Below, one piece after another: positions 36,042 through 49,059 of a DNA stretch of 64,000 nt. Source of the DNA: Octopus sinensis (Eukaryota); NCBI RefSeq assembly GCF_006345805.1, contig NC_043003.1, positions 80,228,001-80,292,000 on the forward strand, read 5' to 3'. The translations under genes and the position numbers were made by a program. The notes beneath the pieces are model-generated. The model ran no database searches. It saw nothing but the letters and a program-made list of their open reading frames with translations, and was not told the origin of the DNA. Positions within the stretch are counted from its first letter, which is position 1. The number at the start of each line of letters is the position of its first letter.

Positions 36042-37522
36042 TTATAGTCATATGTGTGTGTGTTAATGTGTATATATATATGCGTACATACATACACTCA
36101 CACACGCATACATACATACATACATACATACATACATACATACATACATACATACATACATACACAGACACGCATACATACATACATACATACATATATA
36201 TATTTATAGCCCTGGCGATGACGAGTTTATAGAAAAATAGTCAGTTCGCGAGAAATAAAAATATCACCACCGAAACATAGCATATATTTCCAGATTCACG
36301 TTTATATCTTAAACGTACGCACGGGCGCGTGCACACACACCCACACACACAGACTCTCGCACGCACACACAAACACATTTTCCTTGCGCGTATATTTTAT
36401 CCATCTTTCTATTGATCTGGTCGAACAATCTGTCCACTCACCAACCTATATGTGTATCTATCTTCACTAGCATGTACATACACACATAGGTACATATGTT
36501 CAACGAACTTTATACAGAAATTTAAGGCACACATCATAAAACTAATCAATTTTACATGAGAATATATTCCCAACTTTGCCGTTTTCATCTCAGAAAGAAC
36601 ATTCGCAGCTGAAAACTTGCAGGAAATGAATTTCTACCTTCGACTTAGCTTGGCCCGTTGAACTTCGTTGCTGATAGAACCGAATATCATTTCATCTCAG
36701 CTGGAAGGTTATCATGCTTCGTTCAAAATCTTGCATAATTCGTCGGATACCGGAGGTTTGACTAGTTTAGTACATGAATGGCAAATAAGAGGTGTACGAA
36801 TATATTAAAAAAGTGCATTATTCATATTTTTCCCACATACATTACGTTACTTAATACAAGCGAAGCATATGACACCAGCTAAAAAAAAGGACATAAAAGA
36901 TCACTTAAGATATGTGGAAATATCAGTTGGCTAACTAGATAGGTAAATCACTGATTCAGAATGATCTGCACTGCGAACTCTATTTGAACATGCAAGACTT
37001 ACCATGCTAACTTTTTGCAAGTATGCGACTGATATCAAATTTTAAATTCATCTTTTCTGAATAGGAAATCAGGTAAGAGAAGTATAATAGATATTTTCAA
37101 TATTGTGAGGTTGTTAGGAGCAGAATTTGGCTGAATTTTTAGAAGCAGGAATGTGATTCTTAATAGCAAGTCTTCTGTAGCTTGTTCAATTAAGGAAAGG
37201 TCGATACAAGGTAACAAAATATATTGTATATACAAAATATGTTACAGTATGATATTCGCTTTCCAATGTAATTTCCCTAAAATAGGTTAGTATGTCAAAA
37301 GAAAATGCTAGTTTTGAGGTTTCGCGGTAATATCCTTTTTTGAACGAAAATAAAAGATACAGAAATATTTCTGACGTCTCTGTAGGCTGTTAATTACGTT
37401 GCGGATCTTAAAAAGAAACTGGGAAAAGGAAAATTTCCACGAGTAAGTAGGATGCAATACAGCTGTCATATTGACAATGTCCCTTTCCCCACAAAAAGAT
37501 AAAAGAGAAGCCATAACATATC

Positions 37523-38103
37523 TTTTTCTACTCGAGGCACAAGGCTCGAAATTTGGGGGGAGGAACCCAGTCGGTTAGATCGAACTTAGTACGCAACTGA
37601 TACTTAAGTTATCGACCCGAAAAGATGAAAGGCAAAGTCGACCTCGGCGGAATTTTAACTCAGAACGTAGCGGCAGACGAAATACTTATTTCTTTACTAC
37701 CCACTAGGTGCTAAACACAGAGAGGACAAACAAGGACAGATAAACGGATTCAGTCGATGATATCGACCACAATACGTAACTGGTACTTATTTAATCGACC
37801 CCGAAAGGATGAAAGGCAAAGTTGACCTCGGCGGAACTTGAACTCAGAACCTAGCGGCAGACGAAATACATATTTTTTTAATACGCACAAGAGGCTAAAC
37901 ACAGAGAAGACAAACAAGGATAGACAAAGGGATTAAGTCGATTACATCGACCCCAGTGCGTAACTGGTACTTAATTTATCGACTTTGAAAGGATGAAAGG
38001 CAAAGTCAACCTCGGCGGAATTTGAACTCACAACGTAACGGCAGACAAAATGCCGCTAAACATATCGCCCGGCGTGGTAACGTTTCTGCCAGCTCGCCGC
38101 CTT
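37523..38103 (-). mobile_element. Trimeric SINE family 2 concatemer
   Basis: Three units cgacc(c)cgaaag(g)atgaaaggcaaag...ctcagaac...gcagac; head aaggcggcgagctggcagaaacgtt at the right end. Confidence 0.85.
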
Positions 38104-38899
38104 CAAGACAAAATATCTATTAATAGATGAAAACACATTGAGTAATACGACCATCAACAAAGCGAAGAGGACTTTTTAGCGCCGGTTATCATCTGTAGAT
38201 TTTACTTTACTTATCACATAAAAGTCTCGTCATCACATAAATGCAATTTAGTATCACAATTTCACATCACAAATAGAAGCAAAACATTTAATACGTGATT
38301 GGTAGAAATACGTTGTTTCAGTGGCAAATAATTATTACCATTTCGTTAACACACACACCCACACACACTTTCACTCACTTACACATGCACAAACACACAC
38401 ACTAGATTATATGTATATGAAGGGTTATTAGATATCTATCTATCACTCTGTATACACACACATTAATGCATATACATAAGATACACACACACCAACACAT
38501 GTATACATTTACGCATGGATGTTTGTATATACGACTGTATGGCGGGTGTATGCGTAGAATACGCCTAAACATACATTTATTATTCTCGACGTGAGTGTTT
38601 ATGTATAACAAAGCTTGTTACATCGGAACTGTTTAGTAACACAGAAACCGTTCAATAATGTCCCTCCTTCATGCTTCCTGTGTTTTAGATCTAGTGTTTT
38701 ATTTAAGGAAGCAGGTTGTATAGAGGTGGATCATCATATGCGATCTGGGACATGCAGACGTGCGATGATGTAACCCGAGACTGTCAAATAAGGCAGGGAT
38801 CCCTTCATGGTCCCTAAACCTGCTAAAATTAGCAACCATAGCTCCTGGTGATTTAACTGCTGTCTTGCAGAAAGGGTATTCTTTTATTGCTTTATTTGT

Positions 38900-39265
38900 T
38901 TCAGTCATTTGACTGCGGCCAAGCTGGAGTACAGTTTTGAAGAAAATTTTAGTCGAATGAATCGTACCCAGTTTTACTCTTGTGAGCTTACTACTTATTC
39001 TATCAATATCTTGGGCAAGTGTCCTCTACTCTAGCCTTGGGCCAACCAAAACTTTGTAAATGGATTTGATACACAGAAACTAAAATAACCGAGACCATAC
39101 GACATGTTTCTTTCAGGTTCCGTCTACCAATTCTATTCACAAGGCTTCGGTCGGCCCAAGGCTATAGTAGAACACACATGCGGAAGATGTCACTAAGTAG
39201 GACTGAACCCGGTACCATATAGTTGGGAAGCAAGTTTCTTACCACACAACTACGCCTGCGCCTAT
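38900..39265 (-). mobile_element. tRNA-derived SINE, family 3 (diverged)
   Basis: Minus-strand head ataggcgcaggcgtagttgtgtggtaagaaacttgcttccc...gggttcagtcc, with a non-tRNA body containing cttgggccgaccgaagccttgtg. Confidence 0.6.
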
Positions 39266-40024
39266 GTATAGTGAATATATTTTTTTCCAAAATAAACTCT
39301 CCGAAAATATTTTAGTCACGGTTCGAACATTTTTGATCGTAGACCGATTAAGACAGAGTTTAAATGCAAAACACCATATCTGTCATAGCACAAAACTTTT
39401 CACAATCCAAGTCTTTAACGCCACTTCACGATGTATTCACTTACGTTATTGTTGTTTCACTGAACTGTTCTTAGTAATAAACATTCCATTTATGTGTTCA
39501 TAATGTGCAAAATATTTGACAGTTAATATTTCATATTAGCAATTTTACTTCATGATATGATAACCACATTACTGACGTAAATTTATCATTTAAAATCTCG
39601 TATTTATTGGCATCCTACCGTTGATTTAATGAGATAAACCTATTTATAAAATAGTTAATATATATTGATAACTATTCATTTACATTTTTGTTTTCAATTG
39701 AATAAAATGTTGCTCAAATATACTTCATGTAAAACTTCTGTTTTCTTAAAAGCATTTACAGATAGCAATTATAAATTTGATACTTTAATACGTTTCGGCT
39801 AGGCACGAACCAAATTTTACGCCGAAGAATGCATACACATGTCAATAATTATTGGTATTTTACTGGTGTTTGTTACAGCTTTGCAGATAGGTATAACAGA
39901 TAAAACTGTTTGCAACACAAATCAATGTGATTTTCCCTATTCATTGGGTAATAGTCCAGCGAAGAAGCGTGTTTTTGTTGCCTACATTGCAATCATATCG
40001 CATATTCTGAAATAGTGGGTACCA

Positions 40025-40333
40025 CATTGTGATACAGAAGTAGAATTAGAAACGAAAAAAGAAGGAAGATAACTTCTAATAATGCAAAGATGAAAGTTGA
40101 TAAACTTTAATAAATTTCAGGCACAAATTCCCATCTTCAGAAGTATACCGTTAAGAAGTCATAATCGAATTCGGGTCGGCTATCCAAGTAGCAGAATTTG
40201 TTACGTTTCATAACAGTATTTTTCTGAAGATGGGCCTTTCTGCTTGAAATACATAAAAGTATTTTAACTTTGTTCTCTCCTTTGTTAGAAAGTCTCCTTT
40301 AATTTTTCATTTGTTATTCTACTTATTACAATG
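40025..40333. mobile_element. ~310-bp inverted-arm element with two outward hammerhead-like motifs (element D1)
   Basis: cccatcttcagaa / ttctgaagatggg inverted pair around an ~80-bp spacer; minus arm actt-CTGAAGA-t-ggg..cct-GAAA-tttatta-aagt (40104-40144); plus arm ttt-CTGAAGA-t-gggc..gctt-GAAA-tacata-aaag (40220-40260). Confidence 0.65.
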
Positions 40334-41139
40334 AGTATAAATAACAACAGCTCATATGTAATATTAATGAGATATCAGTCAAAATATTATTTACATTTTA
40401 GATAGCATAAACGAAGACACCTCTAAAAGATAGGACAGTCAAATTTAGACGGAGTTTATATACGCAATTTGTAATCAAGTAATAAGATCACTTGATCAGG
40501 ATAGACCTGAAGCTAAACATTTATTCATAATAGAAAACAAAAACAGGACTTAAAACTATATGACATTCTATTGCATCATCGCGTTACAACTTTTTTTGGC
40601 TCAATCAAAATAATTTATAACTAAAAATTAATTTTCTTCATTGAAAAACAAAATCTTTACAAAAAAACCACATCAAACAAATTTCCAATAACTGCTTCAG
40701 TAAAAAGAAAAATATCTTAATTCCATAATTTTTATTTAATGACTTTCTATTCGGGAAAGTGCACTTCAGTGCACTTATACTTAATTTAAATCAAAAATCT
40801 TTGTTTCTATAATTCTTCTTTCTCTACGATTATACTATTATAAATCATTAAAACAAGACGATCGAATACTTACACCAATTACAGGAAGGATTAAAAAGAA
40901 GTATTTGAATTACTATTGACTTGTAAAGTGATAGATAATTTATTAGAAATACCGTTATTAAATTTACGAGAAAAATACATAAAATATGAAGACAAATGAG
41001 GAGATAACATTGAAAATATAATTTGCTAACGATCTCATTAATAGAATAGGAATAATTTATCCCTTGTGAATTTATGTACACTCAGTTTCTATTTCTATAC
41101 TTCTTGAACCAGTTCAGAGGACTATGTAGCACGCACCCC

Positions 41140-41500
41140 ATTCACACACACTGGTGTTTAATTTATCAACCCCGACAGAATCGATAAATTAAGTACCAGT
41201 CAAATATTGGGGTCGATCTAATGGACTGGTCCCCTCCCCTAAAATTTCGGGCCTTGTGCCTAGAGTAGAAAATAATATGTTTAAAGACGGTGAGCTGGCA
41301 GAAACGTTAGCACGCAGGGCGAAATGCTTAGCGGTATTTTGTCTGTCTTTATGTTCTGAGTTCAAATTCTGCCGAGGTTGATTTTTGCCTTTCATCCTTT
41401 CGGGGTCGATAAATTAAGTACTAGTCAAATACAGGAATCGATCTAATCGACTGGACCCCTCACCAAAAGTTTCGGGCCTTGTGCCTAGAGTAGAAAAGAA
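41140..41500 (+). mobile_element. Two tandem SINE family 2 copies
   Basis: Both end cccctcc..aaa.tttcgggccttgtgcctagagtagaaaa; the second has the full head ggtgagctggcagaaacgttagcacgc. Confidence 0.85.
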
Positions 41501-41565
41501 TATCGTGACTAACATCTCATTAGCATTACACATGAGCTCCTATCAATTTTTGTTTTATTAATGTT

Positions 41566-41870
41566 CATTTTAATAATTAGAAAAAGTGTAGAAGAAAAAG
41601 AGGAAAGCTTCTAACAACGTGGAGAAGAAGGTTGAAAGACTTGTATATATTTTAGACACAAAGGCCCATAACAAGAGAGATGTGGTTAAAAAAATATGGG
41701 TATTCGTAAATCCTGCTATTTGGGTAGCCGAATTCAGGTATTACTTCTTAACCGTATCCTTCTGAAGAGAGTCATTCGTGGCTGAAATATATATAAATTT
41801 TTTGTCTTTCCTCTACATTGTCAGAAATTCTCTTTTTTTCCGTTTCTTATTCTACTGCTGTATCCCAATA
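41566..41870. mobile_element. Second copy of element D in inverted orientation (D2)
   Basis: Spacer aaatcctgctatttgggtagccgaattc..acttcttaaccgtatcctt matches the reverse complement of the D1 spacer; right arm cctt-CTGAAGA-g-agtc(attcgt)ggct-GAAA-tatatata-aa (41758-41797); left arm decayed. Confidence 0.6.
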
Positions 41871-42604
41871 CTCCAAGCTCATTATTTTATATAGTTAACA
41901 TGGAAAATGAGTTATTAAAACCCGAATAAGATGTGACGGGAAATATGATGATTTATATAAGTTTCCCATGTATTAAGTTATGAATTTTAAAGCGATGGTT
42001 GGCAGTACTTGCCGCGGAATCAAAGAAAGGCAAGATTGAGTGCAACAGGATTTGAAATTTAGTGCCTCAGGATTTGAATTCCAAAAACAAAAGATTGCAG
42101 GAGAGTTACTCGAGACTAACAATTATTCCAATCACCTCCTTTAATTGCTTCTAATTTAGAAATAAAGCGGCAATAAATCGACACCAATAATTAACATGGT
42201 GTTCATTTTTTAATGTTGCGTCCATGAAAGGTAAAAATAATTTTAAAGCGATTTGAATTCAGATGTACTCCATGTATTTTTCTGTCAATGCATCATTTGT
42301 CACATGTCGGTGTATTTAGTATTGTTGCACTATGATACGATGGCAACCGATCATGTATTGATCGCATTTATAACATTTTTTCCAATTAAGTTTAGGTTTC
42401 AAACAAGATTCAAAATAGAGAAATACATACTTCTATTCTGTCTCCTTTACATTCTGATGCATAACATCATCAAAGGTCTATATACTTATATTCATTGTTA
42501 TAAGGCTCTCTTATTCAATTATGTATTAATATTATTCTCTTAGCTCAAGACAAAATATATCAGATTTTCATATATGGAATTTTACAGCATGTTTAAGTAA
42601 CGGA

Positions 42605-42697
<93 letters not shown>

Positions 42698-42700
<3 letters not shown>

Positions 42701-45700
42701 TAGTATATTTTTTATATCGTACTTTCACTTCACTACCGAGCACAGCTCTGTGTGACTTGGGTATGTGCTGTGATTTGTTGTGATGCTCTGATGGTTATTG
42801 TATGGAAAGTGTTCTGCGTAGGATGTGTGCAGTGCCTAGTAGTGCAATTTTCTGTATGTTATATGTGTTTGTAAGTCCTGGTGTTTTTGTTATGTATTTG
42901 TTTGAATATTTTTTAATCATGCCTAATGCACCTACTATGAGAGGAATTGTTTCTGTTTTTAGATTCCACATTCTGGTTACCTCTATTTCCAGGTCTTTGT
43001 ATTTTGAAAGTTTCTCCATTTCTTTTAGAGATACGTTGTCATCTGCCGGTATTGATACATCGATTAGAAAGCATTTTTTTCTTCATGATCTCTGACAACT
43101 ATATCTGGTCTGTTGGCCTTAATTTCTCTATCTGTGTGTATTGGCATATCCCAGAGTATGGTTGCTTTCTCGTTTTCTGTTACCTTTTCTGGTGTGTGCC
43201 TATACCATCTTTTTTCTGTTGTTATTCCATAATGTTGGCATAGTTTCCAGTGTATATAGGTCCCAACTCTGTCGTGTCTGTGAATATATTCCTTCTTAGC
43301 AAGGACTGGGCAGCCATAGATAATATGATTTATTGTTTCTTGTCCATCTCCACATATTCTGCAGTTACTTGTTATATTTCTTTTCCTAACATGTTTTTGG
43401 TAATTTCTGGTGGGGAGGCTTTGGTCTTGTGCTGCAGTTAAAAATCCTTCGGTCTCTGCTTCCCAACCATTGTTGGGATTTTTCTTTTGTCTATTTCTTT
43501 TGCATTTAGTCCAGTATTTACCATGAAGGGGCTTTTCTTGCCATCGTTTTATTATGGTTCGTTGCTGTTCTATTTTTAGTTGGATTTCATTTTTTTTATA
43601 GCTTTTGTTGTTTCTTCTTCTTCTTCTTCTTCTTCTTATTCTTATTCTTCTTCTTCTTCTTCTTCTTCTTCTTCTTCTTCTTCTTTCTTCTTCTTCTTCT
43701 TCTTCTTCTTCTTCATATTTGTTAGGTGGTATGAATTCTTGTTTGTATTTTTCAGCTTCCTTAAATACTGAGAACAGTTATTTGTTTTGCTGGGACGGCT
43801 ATAACTGGGACGGCTAAGGTGATGATACCTATTATCTTGTTTTTAGCATTGAGCTCTGTTTTCGGTATAGATCTAACTCGTCTATAATATTCTTTTTTAT
43901 TTTCTCTTTCATTTGTGTGTGTTGTGTCTTATCTAGTTCATGGATTCCTAAGTATTTGTAAGTTTGGCTTTGGTTTAATTCTTTTATTTCATTGGTTTTA
44001 TCTAGTGTGATGTTGCTGCTCTTAACTAGTTTTCCTCTTTTCAGGGTTACTTTGGCGCATTTCTCTAATCCAAATTTCATATCTATTTCTTTGGTAAATC
44101 CATGAACTGTCTTTAGTAGTGTTTCCAGCTGTTTGTCATTTGTAGAGTATAGTTTATGTCATCCATATATAAAAAGTGGCTGATCGTTTTGCCGTAACAT
44201 TTATATCCGCATCCAGTTCTGTTTAGCATATCCGATAGAAGTGACAGTGCCTAGCAGAAAAGGAGTGGAGAGAGCGTGTCTCCCTGGAATATTCCTCTTC
44301 TAATGGGGATGGCTTTGATTTTCAAAAGTCCCTCTTTTGTTTGGAGCTGTAGCACTGTTTGCCATTTATTCATAGAGTGTCCTATGTATTTTATAATTGT
44401 TGGTGAAACTTTGTTCATGGCTAGTGTTTCGAGGATCCAAGTGTGGGCGGCGCTACCAAACGCATTTTTGTGTCGATCCATGCCATACTAAGGCCTTTCT
44501 TCTTTCTGTGGCTGTCTTCAGTTATGGCTTTATTGATCATTAGTTGATCTTTACAGCCATATGAGCCTCTGCGGCATCCTTTCTGCTCTTCTGGAAACAG
44601 GTTGTTTTCGTCCAGGTGCTTGTTCAATCTTTGCGATATTACTGCAGTAAATGCTTTGTACATTGTAGGGAGACACGTTATAGGTCTGCAGTTTTCTGGT
44701 TTTACTGTCCCATTTGATTTGGGAATTAAGATGGCTTTCCCCTTCGTGAGCCATTCAGACATTGTCTCTGGCTCTGCCAGTACGTTATTAAAATTTTCAG
44801 CCAGCTTTTTGTGCATTCCTGTTAGATATTTCAACCAGAAGTTGGGGATCTTGTCATGCCCAGGTGCCTTCCAGTTGCTTAGTCTTTGCAGTGCCTGGAT
44901 GATCTCTTCAGTTGTTATGGGGGTCCAAAGTTGCTCAGATGCTGAGTTTGTTGTTTTAATACTCCTTTTTTTTTTGGTTGTTCGTTCGCCGACCATATTT
45001 CTCACCAGAATTCTTCCACTTCCTCTGCCGTAGGTGCTGCAGTGATTTCTATTTTATTTTTGCCAAGTTCTTGGTAGAACATTTTGGATTTGGAGTTGAA
45101 CTGTTTGTTTTGTTCAAAGAAACGTTGGCGTTTCTCGTACAGGCGGATCCTTTGTGCTTTGGCAAGGATATCTTGCTTTAGCTTTTCTTTTATCTCAGGT
45201 AAATCTTTTTCTGTGGTGTTGTATTTGCGGAGTATTTTTGTTTTCTTTTTGTTGCTCAGTAGCGTTGATTGTCTACTGATTTCATTAAGAATCGACAGAT
45301 CTTTTCTCATTTTTTGTATTTTGTTTTGGATGTTATTTATCCACAGGGTTTGTTTGGGTGGTGATACTCCTGTTTGGATGGGCTTGAGTGAGTAACCAGC
45401 TTCTTTTGTGGCTGCAGTGGCTGCTGCGTATACTAAGTCATTTAGCTGAGTGATATCGCTTTTTGTTTCAGTGGCTATTAGCTCCGTGACGGCTAGGTTT
45501 ATGCTGTTTATAATTGATATTGTTGTTTTGTCTATTTTGATTTTTGGCAGGTATGGTCGGTGGTCCATTTTGAGCTCTGACGTTTTCAGTTCTTTGATTA
45601 TTCTACTTTTTATAGTTTCATAATCATTAGGCTCACCTTCGTTGTTTCCAGGTTTTAGATTTGTGTCGCTATCGTTATGTTTGTTTGTCGTGTTTTTGGC

Positions 45701-46727
45701 TTGTTGTTTGTCGTGTATTATTATGTATCCTTACGGTCTGGGTTTGTTGTTTTTTGTTTACATCGTTTTTGTTGGAAATGTTACGTTTGTCTTCGTGTTT
45801 TACTGTTTCAGTGTTTGTATTATTTGGCATTGTTGTGTGGCTTCTATCTACATTTTCCTGACGTATTTTTTCTTTTAAATGTTCTATTTCTATTTCTGAT
45901 ATTATTTTGCGTTGAGAATATATATCCGTATATTTGCTAGTTTATTAGTGTTCATTGTTGTATCCAGGTCTTTATTTATGTTATTTTTCTTCCATATTTT
46001 GTTTGTATGTGTTGTTGTATTTTCATTCTTTGGGTAGAGCACTGCTGTAAAGTATGCGTGTAGGATAGAAATGTATTCTTCACGTGTCCATTTATGTCTT
46101 TTGGGTTTTATTTGCGGGACATGAGGAACAACGTCCGGCCCATTATTTTGACGGTCGTCATTTTCGTAGGGTACCGGTCCGTTCATTTCTGTTGTCACAT
46201 TGTTTTGCACGTGTAGTTTTTCGTACATTTTATGTTGTAAATTTACAGTACGTACTTCCCGATTGTTATTCTTGGGTTGAATAATACCGGTATTATTTAA
46301 TTTATTCGTAGTTTTTTTGTACATGGTGTTTGGGGCCGGAGATGATCTGGTGTTGATGGATCGTAATGTATCAAGCATGTTTACATGTGTTGTGTTAGAG
46401 GTGGAGATGATATCGAGTTAAAATACATCATTTCGTTTTGAAAATAGTAATAAATTTCAATGAGTATTACTTACTCGGATATAGTCCAATCCTTTGTCAG
46501 TTATTTTTTAGCTCCATGCAATGTCTTTGTTTCCGATACTAGTGGATAGATTTCGGAGCACTGCTTTATCGCTCTCACATGTTTAACGTCCCCGGTGTAA
46601 TGTCTTTTAACGTCCCCGGTGTAATCTCTCTTTAACGTCCCCGGTGTAATCTCTCTTTAACGTCCCCGGTGTAATCTCTTTTAACGTCCCCGGTGTAATC
46701 TCTCTTTAACGTCCCCGGTGTAATCTC

Positions 46728-46728
<1 letters not shown>
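42698..46728 (-). mobile_element. Near full-length R4/Dong-clade non-LTR retrotransposon (RT + CCHC + restriction-like endonuclease), inactivated
   Basis: N-term KRHKWTREEY..AYF; RT WKAPGHDKIPNFWLK, RPITCLPTMYK, EEQKGCRRGSYGCKDQL, IRRGIFQGDTLSPLLFC, KFGLEKCA; C-term KLSKYKDLEIEVTRMW..TIPLIVGALG; (TTA)n on both sides (42604-42697, 46729-46850); ~270-bp internal deletion and frameshifts. Confidence 0.92.
46582..46728. repeat. Six-copy ~25-bp minisatellite (ttaacgtccccggtgtaatctctct) at the 5' end of the R4 element
   Basis: Near-identical head-to-tail units with no spacers, ending at the (TTA)n tract. Confidence 0.95.
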
Positions 46729-46769
<41 letters not shown>

Positions 46770-46786
46770 TATTATTATTATTATTA

Positions 46787-46845
<59 letters not shown>

Positions 46846-47212
46846 ATTATCAATAATATATTATAGTTGTTGTTGTTGTCTTTGCACAGTTTCTAACGCT
46901 GGAGATGTACTATAGTGGCAGTAGTTCACTACCAGTGAACTAAGGTAACATCCCTCATCATCATCATCATCATCGTCATCATCATCTTAATGCGCTAAGG
47001 CCGAATACGTTACGCTGTTACAGTGTTAATTGAAGTGAGAGGCAAAGAACGAGGGAAAATGATAGCGAGATATTACCGATGTGCGGTAGGAGGAATGTAA
47101 TAATTATTACGTTAAGACGGAATGTGTAACAATGTCACGTATTTATTTCAAGGGAAAGACAGAGGGAGGGAGAGAGAGAAAATGATATATATATAGAATT
47201 TGTATGTGTGAG

Positions 47213-47243
<31 letters not shown>

Positions 47244-47629
47244 GTCTGTGTGTGTGTTTGTTGACTGAAGGGAACACTGAAGTGAAATAAGTTACATGAT
47301 TTAAAAACAGTACGATAGAATGTTGTAATACTAAAAAAAAAAAAAAATGTTCCTTGTTACAGCTTTTAATCTTCAACCGTGTCTAAACCTCAACTCGTCG
47401 ATATATCTACGTGGAAAGAAAGATTCATTGATGGATACAAAATAAAAGGGCGTATAGCTAGCTATATCCACACATAGTTGTGGATGTTACTTTTACCTTT
47501 TTATTCAAAGCAGCCAGAAGTTTTGTGGTTATGCAATTGCACCGCAATTAATTTTTTTTTTTTTGGTTTGAGTTAGTCGGTCCATCCCATCTGTTTTTTC
47601 CAGCAACTTTTGTCGTGGCTACATGGGAC

Positions 47630-48105
47630 TACTGATTGCGTAATTATTCTTCGTCTCCTTTTTGTATTCCTTTTTTCTCTGCTTTCAATATTCCTCTGTT
47701 CCTAACTGGCACTAGTAACGTTTCATTACTTTGGACTAGGTATCTCACTATGCCCACGATTTCGATACGTACGCAGTCTTCCACACCTATCAGTCACCTT
47801 CCTCTAGTTACTCTCTTCATATATAGGCGATCAGTGTCTTCCTCTGTCCACGTCAGTAATTCAGTGCAATACCGAACTACTGCGACTGCGCGCGAGTTTA
47901 TTGCCGAAATTATGTTTCTTGCATTCAGCTTTGAAGCCAGTATTTTTCTCACTCGCCGCAGGTGCTCACTTTTTGTCTTTTCCTTCATGCTATTGTGTTT
48001 AATTCCATCTGCCTAAACTATTCCCAGGTATTTATAGCTGGATTGAGGTTGAATTGCCTTCATCATTTCACTAATTGTCAACCCTATAACTTCTTGCATG
48101 ACAAG
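47630..48105 (-). pseudogene. R4-clade RT C-terminal fragment (different subfamily)
   Basis: YKYLGIV*ADGIK...LRRVRKILASKLNARNIISAINSRAVAVVRY; its truncated 5' side lies next to (TTA)n at 48110-48180. Confidence 0.8.
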
Positions 48106-48112
48106 GCTATTA

Positions 48113-48180
<68 letters not shown>

Positions 48181-48389
48181 GTTGTTGCTGTTGTTATCTT
48201 TTTTTCCTTCCTCTTCTTTCAAATTTGCTTCCATTTCTTGCCGAGTGTCTTCCCGACTCCTAGGGCAAAGAAACTCATAGTATACTTTGGTAGGCTATTA
48301 ATCTAAACTCACTAGTTCGTTCATTTAAAAAGATTTTTTTTAAAGTTAAATTAAAATACATGGGTAGTAATAGTTCTCACATCGACTAT

Positions 48390-48736
48390 GTTCTTCTCAA
48401 TACGTGTGATGTACCAGTTAAGACAATCTTTTGCACTTCTTGCAGGGATGGTAAGCCAGGGATCATTCTCATATAATTTTCGGTTCCCTTCTTGATCATT
48501 CCTAGTGCTCCTACGATCACTGGTATTGTGACCGCCTTGAGATGCCACATTTTCTCAATTTCAATGAGTAGGTCTTTATATTTTCTGAGCTTGTCAAACT
48601 CTTTCGCTGAGATATTATGATCACAGGTGATGCTCATGTCGATCAATAAGCAAAATTTATTGTTTTGGTCTTTCACAACAATATCCGGTTTATGGCTTTG
48701 ATGGTTCGGTCTGTATGTACTGGAAAGCCCCACAGA
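48390..48736 (-). pseudogene. R4-clade restriction-like endonuclease 3' fragment
   Basis: KPDIVVKD...CLLIDMSI...KLRKYKDLLIEIEKMWHLKAVTIPVIVGALG; 5' junction directly at (TTA)n 48737-48935. Confidence 0.85.
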
Positions 48737-48758
48737 ATTATTATTATTATTATTATTA

Positions 48759-48826
<68 letters not shown>

Positions 48827-49059
48827 GTTATTATTATTATTATTATGATTGTTATTATTATTATCATCATTATTATTATGATTATTATGATTATTATTAT
48901 CATTATCATTATTGTTATTATTATTATTATTATTTTTATGTTTGACTTTTGCTTTACATTTGTACAAGTTGGCTCCAAGTCTCACCCAGAGGTCTAGGGT
49001 GCCATATATTCGGTATTGTACATAGTGTTGTTCTAGATGTTTAAGAAACCAAAAGAAAA

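Noticed and set aside
46582-46728. CRISPR-like array
   Set aside because: Units are head-to-tail with no unique spacers, no cas genes, and a eukaryotic context.
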